Notes under the pieces: model-generated | Seen by the model: the letters and a program-made list of their open reading frames with translations, nothing else | Database searches by the model: none | What the model was told of the DNA's origin: nothing | NCBI GenBank assembly: GCA_945898015.1 | Contig: CAMDGM010000006.1 | Location: 11,032-75,031, forward strand | Length of the DNA stretch: 64,000 nucleotides | Direction of reading: 5' to 3' | From: PVC group bacterium | GTDB lineage: Bacteria > Verrucomicrobiota > Kiritimatiellia > CAIKKV01 | Program-made: the position numbers and the translations under genes | Shown here: positions 1 to 8,050 of the stretch, in pieces | Position numbering within the stretch: position 1 is the first letter of the stretch | Layout of the letters: each line of letters starts with the position of its first letter

Positions 1-173
1 GCTTCCGTCCAGACCGTGGCGCCGGACTCGCCAAACGCCTTCTTCACCACGTCAATAGCCGCACGATCCCCCGGCGTGCCAGCCAGGCGAACGCCGATCG
101 TTTCCGCCAGCTCCCGCATCACCCGTTCCAACCGCTGCGGCGAAACGGAATCCAGCCCGCCGTTATTGGCCAT
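1..173 (-). CDS. N-terminal part of a gene that runs off the window; M28/M20-type metallopeptidase-like (tentative)
   Basis: Hand translation of the minus strand from ATG 173-171 gives MANNGGLDSVSPQRLERVMRELAETIGVRLAGTPGDRAAIDVVKKAFGESGATVWTE. The IGxRxAGTPGxxxA pattern resembles M28 aminopeptidase N-termini. It overlaps the upstream stop by 11 nt. Too short for a firm call. Confidence 0.35.
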   Translation of the reverse strand, partial: MANNGGLDSVSPQRLERVMRELAETIGVRLAGTPGDRAAIDVVKKAFGESGATVWTE

Positions 174-504
174 GTCCGCTCTCTTTCGAGGCGCCCGGGG
201 CGCCCTTGCCGTCCAGCACCTTTCCAAACTCCCCGCGGATCGTCTCCACCGCCTCGCGCTTCAACACGTCCCGCTGGCCGGGATCCACGGTCCTGTAGGA
301 AACCCAGAGCCAGACGGCGCCCACCCCCAGAACCACCACCAAAAAGACCAACAAGGCCCACAGCGAGGCTTTGAACAGGTATTTCACCGCTCGCCACAAG
401 GGTATTCCGCCCGCCACGACCACGATCGCCCCCACCCCGATCAGCACCGCCACGCCTACCGGCGTCGTGGCAAATGTTTTGAACACGGCCATGGTTTCGC
501 TCAT
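163..504 (-). CDS. small membrane protein, unknown function
   Basis: 113-aa ORF with a GAAAGGA RBS-like motif about 7 nt upstream of the ATG. Two hydrophobic spans (VGVAVLIGVGAIVVVAGGI, LWALLVFLVVVLGVGAVWLWV). No family recognised. Confidence 0.5.
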   Translation of the reverse strand: MSETMAVFKTFATTPVGVAVLIGVGAIVVVAGGIPLWRAVKYLFKASLWALLVFLVVVLGVGAVWLWVSYRTVDPGQRDVLKREAVETIRGEFGKVLDGKGAPGASKESGHGQ

Positions 505-543
505 CGCTCGTCCTTTCGTTAAAACTTCACCCGGCGCCCGCGT

Positions 544-1734
544 TCAACCCCGATCCATCTTCTGAATCGCCTGGCGAAGCCGGTCAGCCCGGCGCCGCGC
601 TTCCTCCATCGGCTGGAAAATGAGGTTCACCGTCACCAGGCGGGGCATGACCTCCTCCACCACCGGACAGAGTCCATCCCGGTACTTGTAGTCGCTCAGC
701 GCGGTGAACGGCGGCGTATGATAGGGCACGCCATTCCCGAAAATATCGCCTTTCTTGAAGAAATCAAACTGGTAGGGCGCGGTCTCGTTGAACCCGAAGC
801 GAAGCCCGACATCCAGCTCCTCATTCAAGGCCTTGAACCGGGCGTAGTCCATTCCGGCTCGATGCCCCTCCCAGGTGCAGGCGAACCAGTAGCCGCTGGT
901 CGTGGCCTCTTTCGGAATCAGGCGCGGCTTCAGCCAGCGGCAGCCGGCGATCGCCTCGTTCCAGATCGCCAGGGTTTTGTCGTAGGTCCCGCGGATGATC
1001 CCCTCCACCTTTTCAAGCTGGGCCAGCCCGATGGCCGCCGTCATCTCGTTCATCCGCCAATTGAGCGTGAACACCACCGGGCTTTCCCCGGAAAAGGCCC
1101 ACACGTCCTCCATCTTGTCCGCCAAGGAACGATCCCGGACCGTCACCATGGCGCCATCCCCGGTGGACAGCTGCTTGAACTCCTGGAAGCTGAACATACC
1201 CAGATCGCCAAACGTGCCGACATGCTGTCCGTTCCACCGGACGCCCACGGAGTGGGCGCAGTCCTCGATCAGGAACAGGCGATGGCGCCGGCAAATATCC
1301 CGGATTTCGGCAATGCGCGCCGGCACCCCCCAGAGATGGGTGCAGATCACCGCCTTCGTATTCTCCGTGATGTTGGCCTCCAGCGAGACGGGGTCCATGT
1401 TGTAGGAACCGGGCTCGATGTCGCAGAACCGCGGGATGCAATTCCAATACAGCGCCGCCAGCCCGCCGAAATGCACCACGGGGTCGCAGATCACCTCGTT
1501 GCCGGCTTTGGCGCCGCTCACGCTGACCGCCTCCGCCAGGGCGCACATGCCGTTGCACCGGGCCAGGGCCGCCGTCGCGCCCGTATACGCCGCAAAGGCT
1601 TTCTGAAACCGCTCCACAAAGCCGCCCTCATTGTAAAAGATACTCATGCGGCCGCGCTCGAACACCTCGCGCAGGTTGGCCAGTTCGGCCTCGCCCAAAG
1701 TCCTCAACTGCTTGGCAAACGGTCCGTAATTCAT
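544..1734 (-). CDS. DegT/DnrJ/EryC1/StrS-family sugar aminotransferase (PLP-dependent)
   Basis: 396-aa ORF with family-typical segments FLIEDCAHSVG and FSFQEFKQLSTGDG (putative PLP lysine). GAAGGAG RBS 8 nt upstream. ATGA start/stop overlap with the upstream gene at 1731-1734. Confidence 0.8.
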   Translation of the reverse strand: MNYGPFAKQLRTLGEAELANLREVFERGRMSIFYNEGGFVERFQKAFAAYTGATAALARCNGMCALAEAVSVSGAKAGNEVICDPVVHFGGLAALYWNCIPRFCDIEPGSYNMDPVSLEANITENTKAVICTHLWGVPARIAEIRDICRRHRLFLIEDCAHSVGVRWNGQHVGTFGDLGMFSFQEFKQLSTGDGAMVTVRDRSLADKMEDVWAFSGESPVVFTLNWRMNEMTAAIGLAQLEKVEGIIRGTYDKTLAIWNEAIAGCRWLKPRLIPKEATTSGYWFACTWEGHRAGMDYARFKALNEELDVGLRFGFNETAPYQFDFFKKGDIFGNGVPYHTPPFTALSDYKYRDGLCPVVEEVMPRLVTVNLIFQPMEEARRRADRLRQAIQKMDRG

Positions 1735-2783
1735 ACGTCGAACTCCTTCAGGGATACCACCCGCCCCAGCCGGGCCGCCTCCATGGCGGCAAAACAGGCG
1801 GCCGTCGTCCGATAGGCGCTTTGCACATCATTCATACACGGCGCGCCCGCCGTGAGCATGGCGATGAAATGATGCATCCACGGGCCCCACGATTCCGCAA
1901 TGCCGCCCTGCACGTTGTCGGGAATCCAGGAGGCCGGCAGCTCGATCGCCTCGCGCTCGTGACCGGGCTCGGCAAATCGGGGCATCGTGTCGAACCAAAG
2001 CCGGTTGTCGAGCGCCGAGCCCTGGGTGCCGTAAAGCTTCAGGTGAAACTGGAACGGGGTGATCGGGCCGATGCAAAACTGAACCTTGCCGAGCGCCCCG
2101 CTTTCAAAACGAAACAACGCCACGGCGGTATCCTCGGTTTCCACCTGATTCTCCCGCGGCAAATAGGTGCCTTTCAGGCAGGTCGCTTCCGTAATCTCGC
2201 CGCAGAAGAAGCGCAGCAGATCCACGTTGTGCCCCCCGCCCGCGTGAAACAGGCTGCCGGCCACCGCTTCGCGGCCCAGCCACGACCAGATATCCCAGTC
2301 GCCCGGAATATGGTGGAGATAATCCGACTCGGCCATGAACAGCCGGCCGAACCGGCCCTCCTGCACCAGCCCCCGCAGATGCTGGTAAAGCGGATTCATG
2401 CGGCGGTGATACCCGATCAGGTACGGCACACGGGCCTTTTCCACCGCCGCCCGCACCCGCCGGGCATCGGCCATCGAAATGGCCATCGGCTTTTCGCAGT
2501 AAATCGCCTTGCCGGCCGCCGCCGCCGCCACGCACATGTCCGCATGCAGGGCGTTGGGGCTCGCAATCACCACGGCGTCGATCGCATCCTGCAGCAAATC
2601 ATCCAGCCGGGCATGCGTCCGGAACGGCGAGCCGGTCTCCGCCTTCAGCCGCGCCGTAGCCGTCGCGTCCGCATCGCACACCGCCACCAGCTCGGCCTTC
2701 GGATGGCTCAGGATGTTTCGCGCATGTTCGCGGCCGATCCAGCCCGCCCCCACCAATCCCACTCTGACCTTATTCGTCATCAT
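1731..2783 (-). CDS. Gfo/Idh/MocA-family NAD(P)-dependent sugar oxidoreductase
   Basis: N-terminal Rossmann motif VRVGLVGAGWIGREHARN and the AIYCEKPMA (EKP) motif. Start trimmed from ORF-track 2975 to ATGATG at 2783 because the upstream extension is Arg/Pro/Cys-rich junk that overlaps the neighbouring gene. Confidence 0.8.
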   Translation of the reverse strand: MMTNKVRVGLVGAGWIGREHARNILSHPKAELVAVCDADATATARLKAETGSPFRTHARLDDLLQDAIDAVVIASPNALHADMCVAAAAAGKAIYCEKPMAISMADARRVRAAVEKARVPYLIGYHRRMNPLYQHLRGLVQEGRFGRLFMAESDYLHHIPGDWDIWSWLGREAVAGSLFHAGGGHNVDLLRFFCGEITEATCLKGTYLPRENQVETEDTAVALFRFESGALGKVQFCIGPITPFQFHLKLYGTQGSALDNRLWFDTMPRFAEPGHEREAIELPASWIPDNVQGGIAESWGPWMHHFIAMLTAGAPCMNDVQSAYRTTAACFAAMEAARLGRVVSLKEFDV

Positions 2784-2808
2784 ATTCCTTTTTTCGAGCG
2801 GATCCGTC

Positions 2809-3516
2809 TCACGGAAGCACCGGCCGCGTCTTGATCGCCCCGCGCGCCGCCATGGGAAGAAACGGCTCGGCATACGAACAGCCCGCCTTCTGCCCCCAGT
2901 AGGCGTCCGGCACGCGGCACAATTCCGCCATGCCCGTGCCCAGCGCCGCGCGCATGGACCGCTCCTGAGACTCATGCTTCGTCACCAGCTCCGCTTTCGC
3001 GGACTCAAATGCCGTAATGTCCACAAATGCCGAGGCCGGAAAAGGAACCGGCCCGTGCGGCTCCACGCAATAGACCGCGGGATGCTCGCGCAGCGGCGGC
3101 GAGGCGGTCGGCAGCAGGGGCAGGCACGCCAGCATGCAGGCGTGCTTGGCCAGCGCGTGAGTCAGGGAATGGTCCAGATTGTAGTCATCGTGATAATGCG
3201 TGAACACCAGCTCCGCGCCTGTGGCGCGAAGCGCCTCCACCAGCGCCATTCGCAATTCCGGCGTGTCGGCCATGAACTCATCCGGGGCATTCAGGCACCG
3301 GTACGTGGCGCCCGCCGCGCGGGCCAGGGCCTTCATTTCCGCGGCGCGGATCCGGGCGGCATCCGCCGGCGTCGGCGCCTCCGCGCCGAGCACGCCCGCG
3401 GAACCGTCGGTCAGGCAGACGAAATGAAGCTGATCGCCGCGCGCCCGGCATTTCAACATCGTGCCGAGGCAACGCATTTCGTCGTCCTGATGTGCCATAA
3501 GCGAAACCACGTTCAT
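2809..3516 (-). CDS. PIG-L/LmbE-family N-acetylglucosaminyl deacetylase
   Basis: MNVVSLMAHQDDE (AHxDDE zinc motif) and HYHDDYNLDH (HxDH motif). ATG at 3516 is preceded by GAGGAGG. The ORF-track start at 3534 is a TTG inside that RBS. Confidence 0.8.
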   Translation of the reverse strand: MNVVSLMAHQDDEMRCLGTMLKCRARGDQLHFVCLTDGSAGVLGAEAPTPADAARIRAAEMKALARAAGATYRCLNAPDEFMADTPELRMALVEALRATGAELVFTHYHDDYNLDHSLTHALAKHACMLACLPLLPTASPPLREHPAVYCVEPHGPVPFPASAFVDITAFESAKAELVTKHESQERSMRAALGTGMAELCRVPDAYWGQKAGCSYAEPFLPMAARGAIKTRPVLP

Positions 3517-3587
3517 GCCTGGAGCCCTCCTCAATCCAACACGGGACCCACTCTATCCGCTTCCGTTTTGCCTCGCAAGCTCCAACG

Positions 3588-4358
3588 CTAGCGCCGACCC
3601 CGTTCGTCGCGAATCTCGAAGCTTTCCGCATACGGCCACGGCCCGCCCTGCTCCTCGGCAATCTGGCGGTTGACACCCAGCACCCGCTCATCGAATCCCT
3701 TCTGCCGCGTATTCAGGTTCCGCTGGTGCTGCGACTGGTGAAACCGCAGCAGCTCCCCTTTCCAGCGGGCCGCCTCATCGTCAAAACCGGTGACGAGATC
3801 GGTCCGCATCGCCAACGTCTTGGGATCCCGGTTCAGAAAGGCCACCACGGGCAGGCGGGCCTCCCGCACGATCTTCCGGAAAAATGCATCCACGCGCTGA
3901 TGATCGGCATTCGTGTCGTTCCCATGAGGCAGGAACACGAGGTCCGGGCGGGCCTGGACCACATAATCCCTCAGCCGGGCCTCATTGGCGGCATCCGGCT
4001 TCACATGCCCGTCACCGTCCTCGGCCAGGTACAGGAACGTCAGCCGATCGTCCGGAAGCCCGAACCACCGGCAGCTGGCCCGCTGTTCCTCTTCCCGGAC
4101 GGCGGCCTTGGCGGCGGGGATAAACGCCCCGCGGAAGCCATCCTCCACCCCGCTGGCCCCGGAGGTCAACACCGCCACCTCGATCCGGTTTCCGTTGTCG
4201 CGCAGCCGGCGCAGCGTAACCCCGATGGCATCAAAATCGTCAGGGTGCGGCGCCAGCACCGCGACCCGCAAGGCCGCGGGAATGGCCAAACGATGGAGCA
4301 GCAACGGCCTCGGGCCGCCCAGAAAATCCGCCTCCGTCACGGGCTTGTCACAGGTCAT
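3588..4358 (-). CDS. second PIG-L/LmbE-family deacetylase
   Basis: VLAPHPDDFDAIG and FLPHGNDTNADH motifs. Start chosen at ATG 4358 (GGGAGG 6 nt upstream). The alternative starts at 4364 and 4382 (GTG) cannot be excluded. Confidence 0.75.
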   Translation of the reverse strand: MTCDKPVTEADFLGGPRPLLLHRLAIPAALRVAVLAPHPDDFDAIGVTLRRLRDNGNRIEVAVLTSGASGVEDGFRGAFIPAAKAAVREEEQRASCRWFGLPDDRLTFLYLAEDGDGHVKPDAANEARLRDYVVQARPDLVFLPHGNDTNADHQRVDAFFRKIVREARLPVVAFLNRDPKTLAMRTDLVTGFDDEAARWKGELLRFHQSQHQRNLNTRQKGFDERVLGVNRQIAEEQGGPWPYAESFEIRDERGRR

Positions 4359-4451
4359 CCCCATCCTCCCTTCGCTCCACACGATTCGCTCCCCAGCCTA
4401 CGCCGCCGCTCCCCCGCACGCAAGCGGGTTCATCACTCGCCATTCATCACG

Positions 4452-5038
4452 GGCGCATCTCTGAGTATTGCACGTTCTCTTTGCGATTGTGTTGTCGGTT
4501 GAGCTGAGTTCGGCGTTTCGGCCGCGGGCTGGTGCGCGCTTTTGCGCGCTACGGGGCTCCGGCTGGATGAGCCGGGACCCTTATTCCACGTCTCATCGCC
4601 GTCGCCCCGGATCATCGCAAAATCGCATCACCATCCCGCGGCAGATCGAAACGCCGCCCCCGGAACGCCTCGCGCGCCCGCGATCTGTCGATCAGCTCGG
4701 GCGGCGCGCGACTACGGCTTCCATGAGGAAGCCCGTTCAGCAAAAGCAGGACATTCAACGGGCTATTCTTGGGGAACCAGCTCGCGCGCCGCCCGAGGCA
4801 CATCGGCAGATGGCCAGGGCGCGCGATGGCTCGGGGGGGGTGCCGTTTCGATCAGGCGGACCTGGCCGAGTTGATTTTGAGGCGTAGGCGGTTGACGGCG
4901 ATGCGACGTGGCCTATAGGCCCGGCGCATCTAGCCGGAAACCGGATACGCCCAAAAGCAGCCGGCAAGGTCCGCCCGAAACGGCGCTCCCAGCTCAACCG
5001 ACAAAACAACCGAAAAATATCAAAATCAGAGATGCGCC
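4452..5038. repeat. copy A of a ~360-bp GC-rich noncoding element, with a 172-bp internal extra module and 13-bp terminal inverted repeats
   Basis: 4456-4538 plus 4711-4986 align with 31677-32037 at roughly 95% identity by eye. GGCGCATCTCTGA at 4452-4464 is the exact reverse complement of 5026-5038. Many perfect short helices are present. Confidence 0.8.
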
Positions 5039-5074
5039 TGTTCCTCACTCACATTTCTCAACATCGCCTCGCCC

Positions 5075-5103
5075 TTGACAGCGCCCAGCCCGCCCCGCAT
5101 ACT
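5075..5103 (+). promoter_or_regulatory. candidate sigma70-type promoter for the nagB-like operon
   Basis: TTGACA (5075-5080), a 17-nt spacer, then CATACT (5098-5103), about 60 nt upstream of ATG 5167. Based on consensus matching only. Confidence 0.25.
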
Positions 5104-5166
5104 GTAAAGCTCAAAACGGAGCCTGGGCACCGCACGATCAGGAACCTTTACCGCAAGGAGTTCGTC

Positions 5167-6102
5167 ATGGCTGAATTCACCTATACCCCCTCCCAGTGGA
5201 TCCCCTTCCGCGACCAGAAGGTCCTCAACCGCGTCCGCCGCATCAAGCGCAAGGATATCACCCGCCACAAGAACCCGGAGCTCAACATCCAGGTCATCCC
5301 CGACGACATGGCCGAATTCGTCTGGCTCAACGACATGTTCTACCGCATCAAGACGGCCATGGACGCCAACAAGACCTGCGTCCTGATCATGCCCAACCCG
5401 GCCCACACCTACGTCAAGCTCGCCCTCATGCTGAACCGGTTCAAGGTCAACTGCCGGAACCTGTGGATCTTCATCATGGATGAATATGCCGACCAGGACG
5501 GCCGCATCGCGCCCGACACCTGGAAGCTCGGCTTCATGTACTCGTTCAAGAAGTTCTTTTACCAGACCCTCGACCCCAAGCTCCGCCCGCCCGAAAAGCA
5601 GATCTGCGGGCCCACCACCCAAAACGTCAAGGACTACGGCCGCATGATCGCGGACAAGGGCAACGCCGACGCCTGCTACAGCGGGCCCGGCTGGACCGGC
5701 CACCTCGCCTTCATCGAACCCGACGCCCCCGAGTTCGCCGCCGGCAGCCTGGAGGAATGGATGACCTACGGCCCCCGCGTCGTCACGCTCAGCCCGTTCA
5801 CCATCGCCCAGAATTCCCTTCACGGCTTCTTCGGCATGAGCGGCGATCTGGCCGCCGTCCCGCCCCGGGCCTTCACCATCGGCCCCGCGCAGGTCAAGGC
5901 CGCCCGGTACCGCATGGACATGAGCGCGATCACCACCTGCGGCACCAATGTCTCCTGGCAGCGGTTCATCACCCGCCTCGTCTGGCACGGCCCCGTCACG
6001 CCGCGCGTCCCCACCTCCCTCCACCAGCTCCTGAAGACGGACGTTTTCATCTCCGAAAGCAACGCGGCCGACATCGCGCCGCTTTGGAACCGGGGTTATT
6101 AA
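5167..6102 (+). CDS. glucosamine-6-phosphate deaminase/isomerase (NagB)-like protein with N-terminal extension
   Basis: FIMDEYADQDG (DEY motif) and GPGWTGHLAFIEPD (GxxGHxAFxEP motif) of the NagB/6-phosphogluconolactonase superfamily. AGGAG sits 6 nt upstream of ATG 5167. The ORF-track start at 5032 lies inside the repeat element. Confidence 0.65.
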   Translation: MAEFTYTPSQWIPFRDQKVLNRVRRIKRKDITRHKNPELNIQVIPDDMAEFVWLNDMFYRIKTAMDANKTCVLIMPNPAHTYVKLALMLNRFKVNCRNLWIFIMDEYADQDGRIAPDTWKLGFMYSFKKFFYQTLDPKLRPPEKQICGPTTQNVKDYGRMIADKGNADACYSGPGWTGHLAFIEPDAPEFAAGSLEEWMTYGPRVVTLSPFTIAQNSLHGFFGMSGDLAAVPPRAFTIGPAQVKAARYRMDMSAITTCGTNVSWQRFITRLVWHGPVTPRVPTSLHQLLKTDVFISESNAADIAPLWNRGY

Positions 6103-6103
6103 G

Positions 6104-8044
6104 ATGCGATACACCACCCTGGGGGCCCGCGGCCCCCGTGTCTCACGGCTCGGCTTCGGATGCATGCGCCTTCCCATGGGCGCCGATGGCAAGGTCAACC
6201 GAAGCCTCTCCATCCCCATGCTGCACCGCGCCGTCGAACTGGGCGTGACCTACTTCGACACCGCCGTCGGCTACTGCCAGGGCGACAGCCAGCGCGTCGT
6301 GGGCGAAGCCTTCGAGCACATGCGGGACAAGGTGGTCCTCTCCACGAAGAACCCCTTCCACAGCGCCTCCGATGCCGACTGGCTCGCCCGCCTCGCGGAA
6401 TCGCTGCGCTTCTTGCGGACGGATCACCTCGACATCTACAACTTCCACGGCCTGACCTGGGACACCTACGTCCAGCATATCCGGGAGCCCGGCAAGCTGC
6501 GCCTCATGAAGCAGGCCAAGGCCGACGGCCGCATCCGGCACCTCTGCTGCTCGTTCCACGACACGGCCGAGGCGCTCGTCAAGCTCGCCGAAACCGGCGA
6601 GTTCGACTCGATCACCGTGCAGTACAACCTGCTGTGGCGCGATCTCGAGAAGGCCATCCACCGCTGTCACGAACTCGGCGTCGGCATCGTGGTCATGGGC
6701 CCGGTGGGCGGCGGCCGGCTCGGCGTGGACAGCGACCGCATCCGGGAAAGCCTCAGGGGCGAAGCCAAGTCCACCCCCGAAGCCGCGCTTCGATTCGTGC
6801 TCGCCCATCCCGGGGTCAACGTGGCCCTGTCGGGCATGACCACCCTGGCGCAGGTCGAGGAAAATTGCGGCATTGTCTCCAGCAAGGATCCCTTCACCCC
6901 CGCCCAGATCGCAGCCATGGAGGACGAGCTCGGCCAGGTCCGCGCCAAAACGGGGGTCAACTGTCCCGCCTGCGGCTACTGCCTCCCCTGTCCCGCCGGC
7001 GTGGACATCCCCGAGCATTTCAAGATTTACAACGAATACAAGCTCTACGGGCTGACCGCCGCCGCCAAACGCGCCTACGCCACCCTCTCCCGCACGGCCG
7101 CCGCCTGCACCGAGTGCGGCGCCTGCCTCGCCCGCTGCCCCCAGAAGCTCTCCATTCCCAAACTGCTCCGGCGCATCATGACGGAGCTGGATGATTCCTG
7201 CCAGGGCTTCGGGTCGGCCATGACCCCCACCGGCGCCACGACGAACGGACTCAAATCCCTGGTGATTGTCCGCAACCTGGGCAAACCTGCGGCCCCCTTC
7301 GCCGTCTCGTTCGCCCTGGAGGACGGCGTCACCGCAACCCCCGAATCGCTCACCACGGGCCCGCTCGCCTCCGACGAATCCGCCCGCCAGGCCGTGACCC
7401 TGACCGTGCCTGACGGCGTGGGCATACTCCGCGGCGCGATTCACACCACGAGCGGGGACGAAGAACGCATCACGCCTCTCTTCCAGCCCTTCTTCCTGAT
7501 TCCCTCCGGCGTCTGGCGTAAACACGAGGCCGTGATCGACGCCAAGGCCTTCAGCGTTCCGGGCGTGGCCCGGGAAGTCGGCTATTCCGTTTTTCTCCGG
7601 CGGGATGCCGACGCCATCCACGCCCGGCTGGCTATCCGCTCCAAACTCGAAGGGTTGGCCAAGTTTTCCGAGATGGCCGGCGCCCGGGTGGAGCTCTACG
7701 TGGACCTGCGGCCCCATTCGCGCGGCGCCCGCAATTCCTACGAGGACGGCGTGGATCAAATCTTCCTCTGGCTGAACGAGCCTGGCGGCGCGAAGGCCAA
7801 ATCCGGAAAAGAGCTCGAGCTGGGACTTCAGGTCCGCCGCACCGCCGAGGGGTGCGACCTGTCCCTCTCCATTCCCTTCAAACAATTCCTGCCGGAAAAC
7901 ACGATGCCGCCCTCCGAAATCGGACTCGACTGGATGCTGATCGTGGCCAATGCGGAAGGCGCCGATATCGGCCACCCCACCTATGGCCACCGCCAAGGCC
8001 TCTACCAGAATCCCAGGCTGTTCACCCGCGCCTTTTTAGCGTAA
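6104..8044 (+). CDS. aldo/keto reductase fused to a 2x[4Fe-4S]-type Cys module and a C-terminal CBM9/DOMON-like beta-sandwich domain
   Basis: N-terminus LGFGCMRLP...VTYFDTAVGYCQGDSQ is AKR-like. CPACGYCLPCPAGVDIP and CTECGACLARCPQKLSIP are ferredoxin-type motifs. The last ~270 aa (ARVELYVDLRP...GLDWMLIVANAEG...NPRLFTRAFL) resemble CBM9-like domains. The start lies 1 nt after the upstream stop. Confidence 0.7.
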   Translation: MRYTTLGARGPRVSRLGFGCMRLPMGADGKVNRSLSIPMLHRAVELGVTYFDTAVGYCQGDSQRVVGEAFEHMRDKVVLSTKNPFHSASDADWLARLAESLRFLRTDHLDIYNFHGLTWDTYVQHIREPGKLRLMKQAKADGRIRHLCCSFHDTAEALVKLAETGEFDSITVQYNLLWRDLEKAIHRCHELGVGIVVMGPVGGGRLGVDSDRIRESLRGEAKSTPEAALRFVLAHPGVNVALSGMTTLAQVEENCGIVSSKDPFTPAQIAAMEDELGQVRAKTGVNCPACGYCLPCPAGVDIPEHFKIYNEYKLYGLTAAAKRAYATLSRTAAACTECGACLARCPQKLSIPKLLRRIMTELDDSCQGFGSAMTPTGATTNGLKSLVIVRNLGKPAAPFAVSFALEDGVTATPESLTTGPLASDESARQAVTLTVPDGVGILRGAIHTTSGDEERITPLFQPFFLIPSGVWRKHEAVIDAKAFSVPGVAREVGYSVFLRRDADAIHARLAIRSKLEGLAKFSEMAGARVELYVDLRPHSRGARNSYEDGVDQIFLWLNEPGGAKAKSGKELELGLQVRRTAEGCDLSLSIPFKQFLPENTMPPSEIGLDWMLIVANAEGADIGHPTYGHRQGLYQNPRLFTRAFLA

Positions 8045-8050
8045 CTCCAC

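Noticed and set aside
718-1815. 365-aa plus-strand ORF antisense to the DegT gene
   Set aside because: Arg/Pro/Gly/Ala/His-rich composition with no motifs, lying fully inside a gene with clear family motifs on the other strand. This is the typical shadow ORF of GC-rich DNA.
2784-2975. N-terminal extensions offered by the ORF track here and at 35275-35499, 53370-53474, 40804-40998, 63619-63690, 16181-16267 and 17995-18081
   Set aside because: Each extension overlaps the upstream gene or is Arg-rich junk. An internal ATG with an RBS-like motif gives a product that starts where the family normally starts.
4531-4545. GTGCG at the module boundary as a possible group II intron 5-prime end
   Set aside because: I could not find a convincing domain V hairpin with GNRA loop and 2-nt bulge. 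There is no reverse transcriptase ORF, and the element is far too short.
4539-4660. Hammerhead-ribozyme-like words (CTGGATGAG ... CGAAAC) in the repeat insert
   Set aside because: CUGGAUGAG has an extra G relative to CUGANGA. The sequences flanking the two words cannot form stem II, and the spacing is far too long.
4755-5048. 97-aa minus-strand ORF inside repeat copy A (and its 99-aa counterpart at 31806-32105)
   Set aside because: The conservation is explained by nucleotide identity of the repeat. Five of six substitutions are non-synonymous, the N-termini start in non-homologous sequence, and the composition is Arg/Pro/Gly/Ala-rich.
5026-6219. 397-aa minus-strand ORF antisense to the nagB-like gene
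   Set aside because: Low-complexity Gly/Asp/Ala/Val/Glu/Arg composition. The plus-strand product has NagB-superfamily motifs and a good RBS.
6143-7996. 617-aa minus-strand ORF and 344-aa plus-strand alternative frame over the AKR fusion gene
   Set aside because: Gly/Ala/Arg/Pro-rich shadows. The 6104-8044 frame carries the AKR and ferredoxin motifs.
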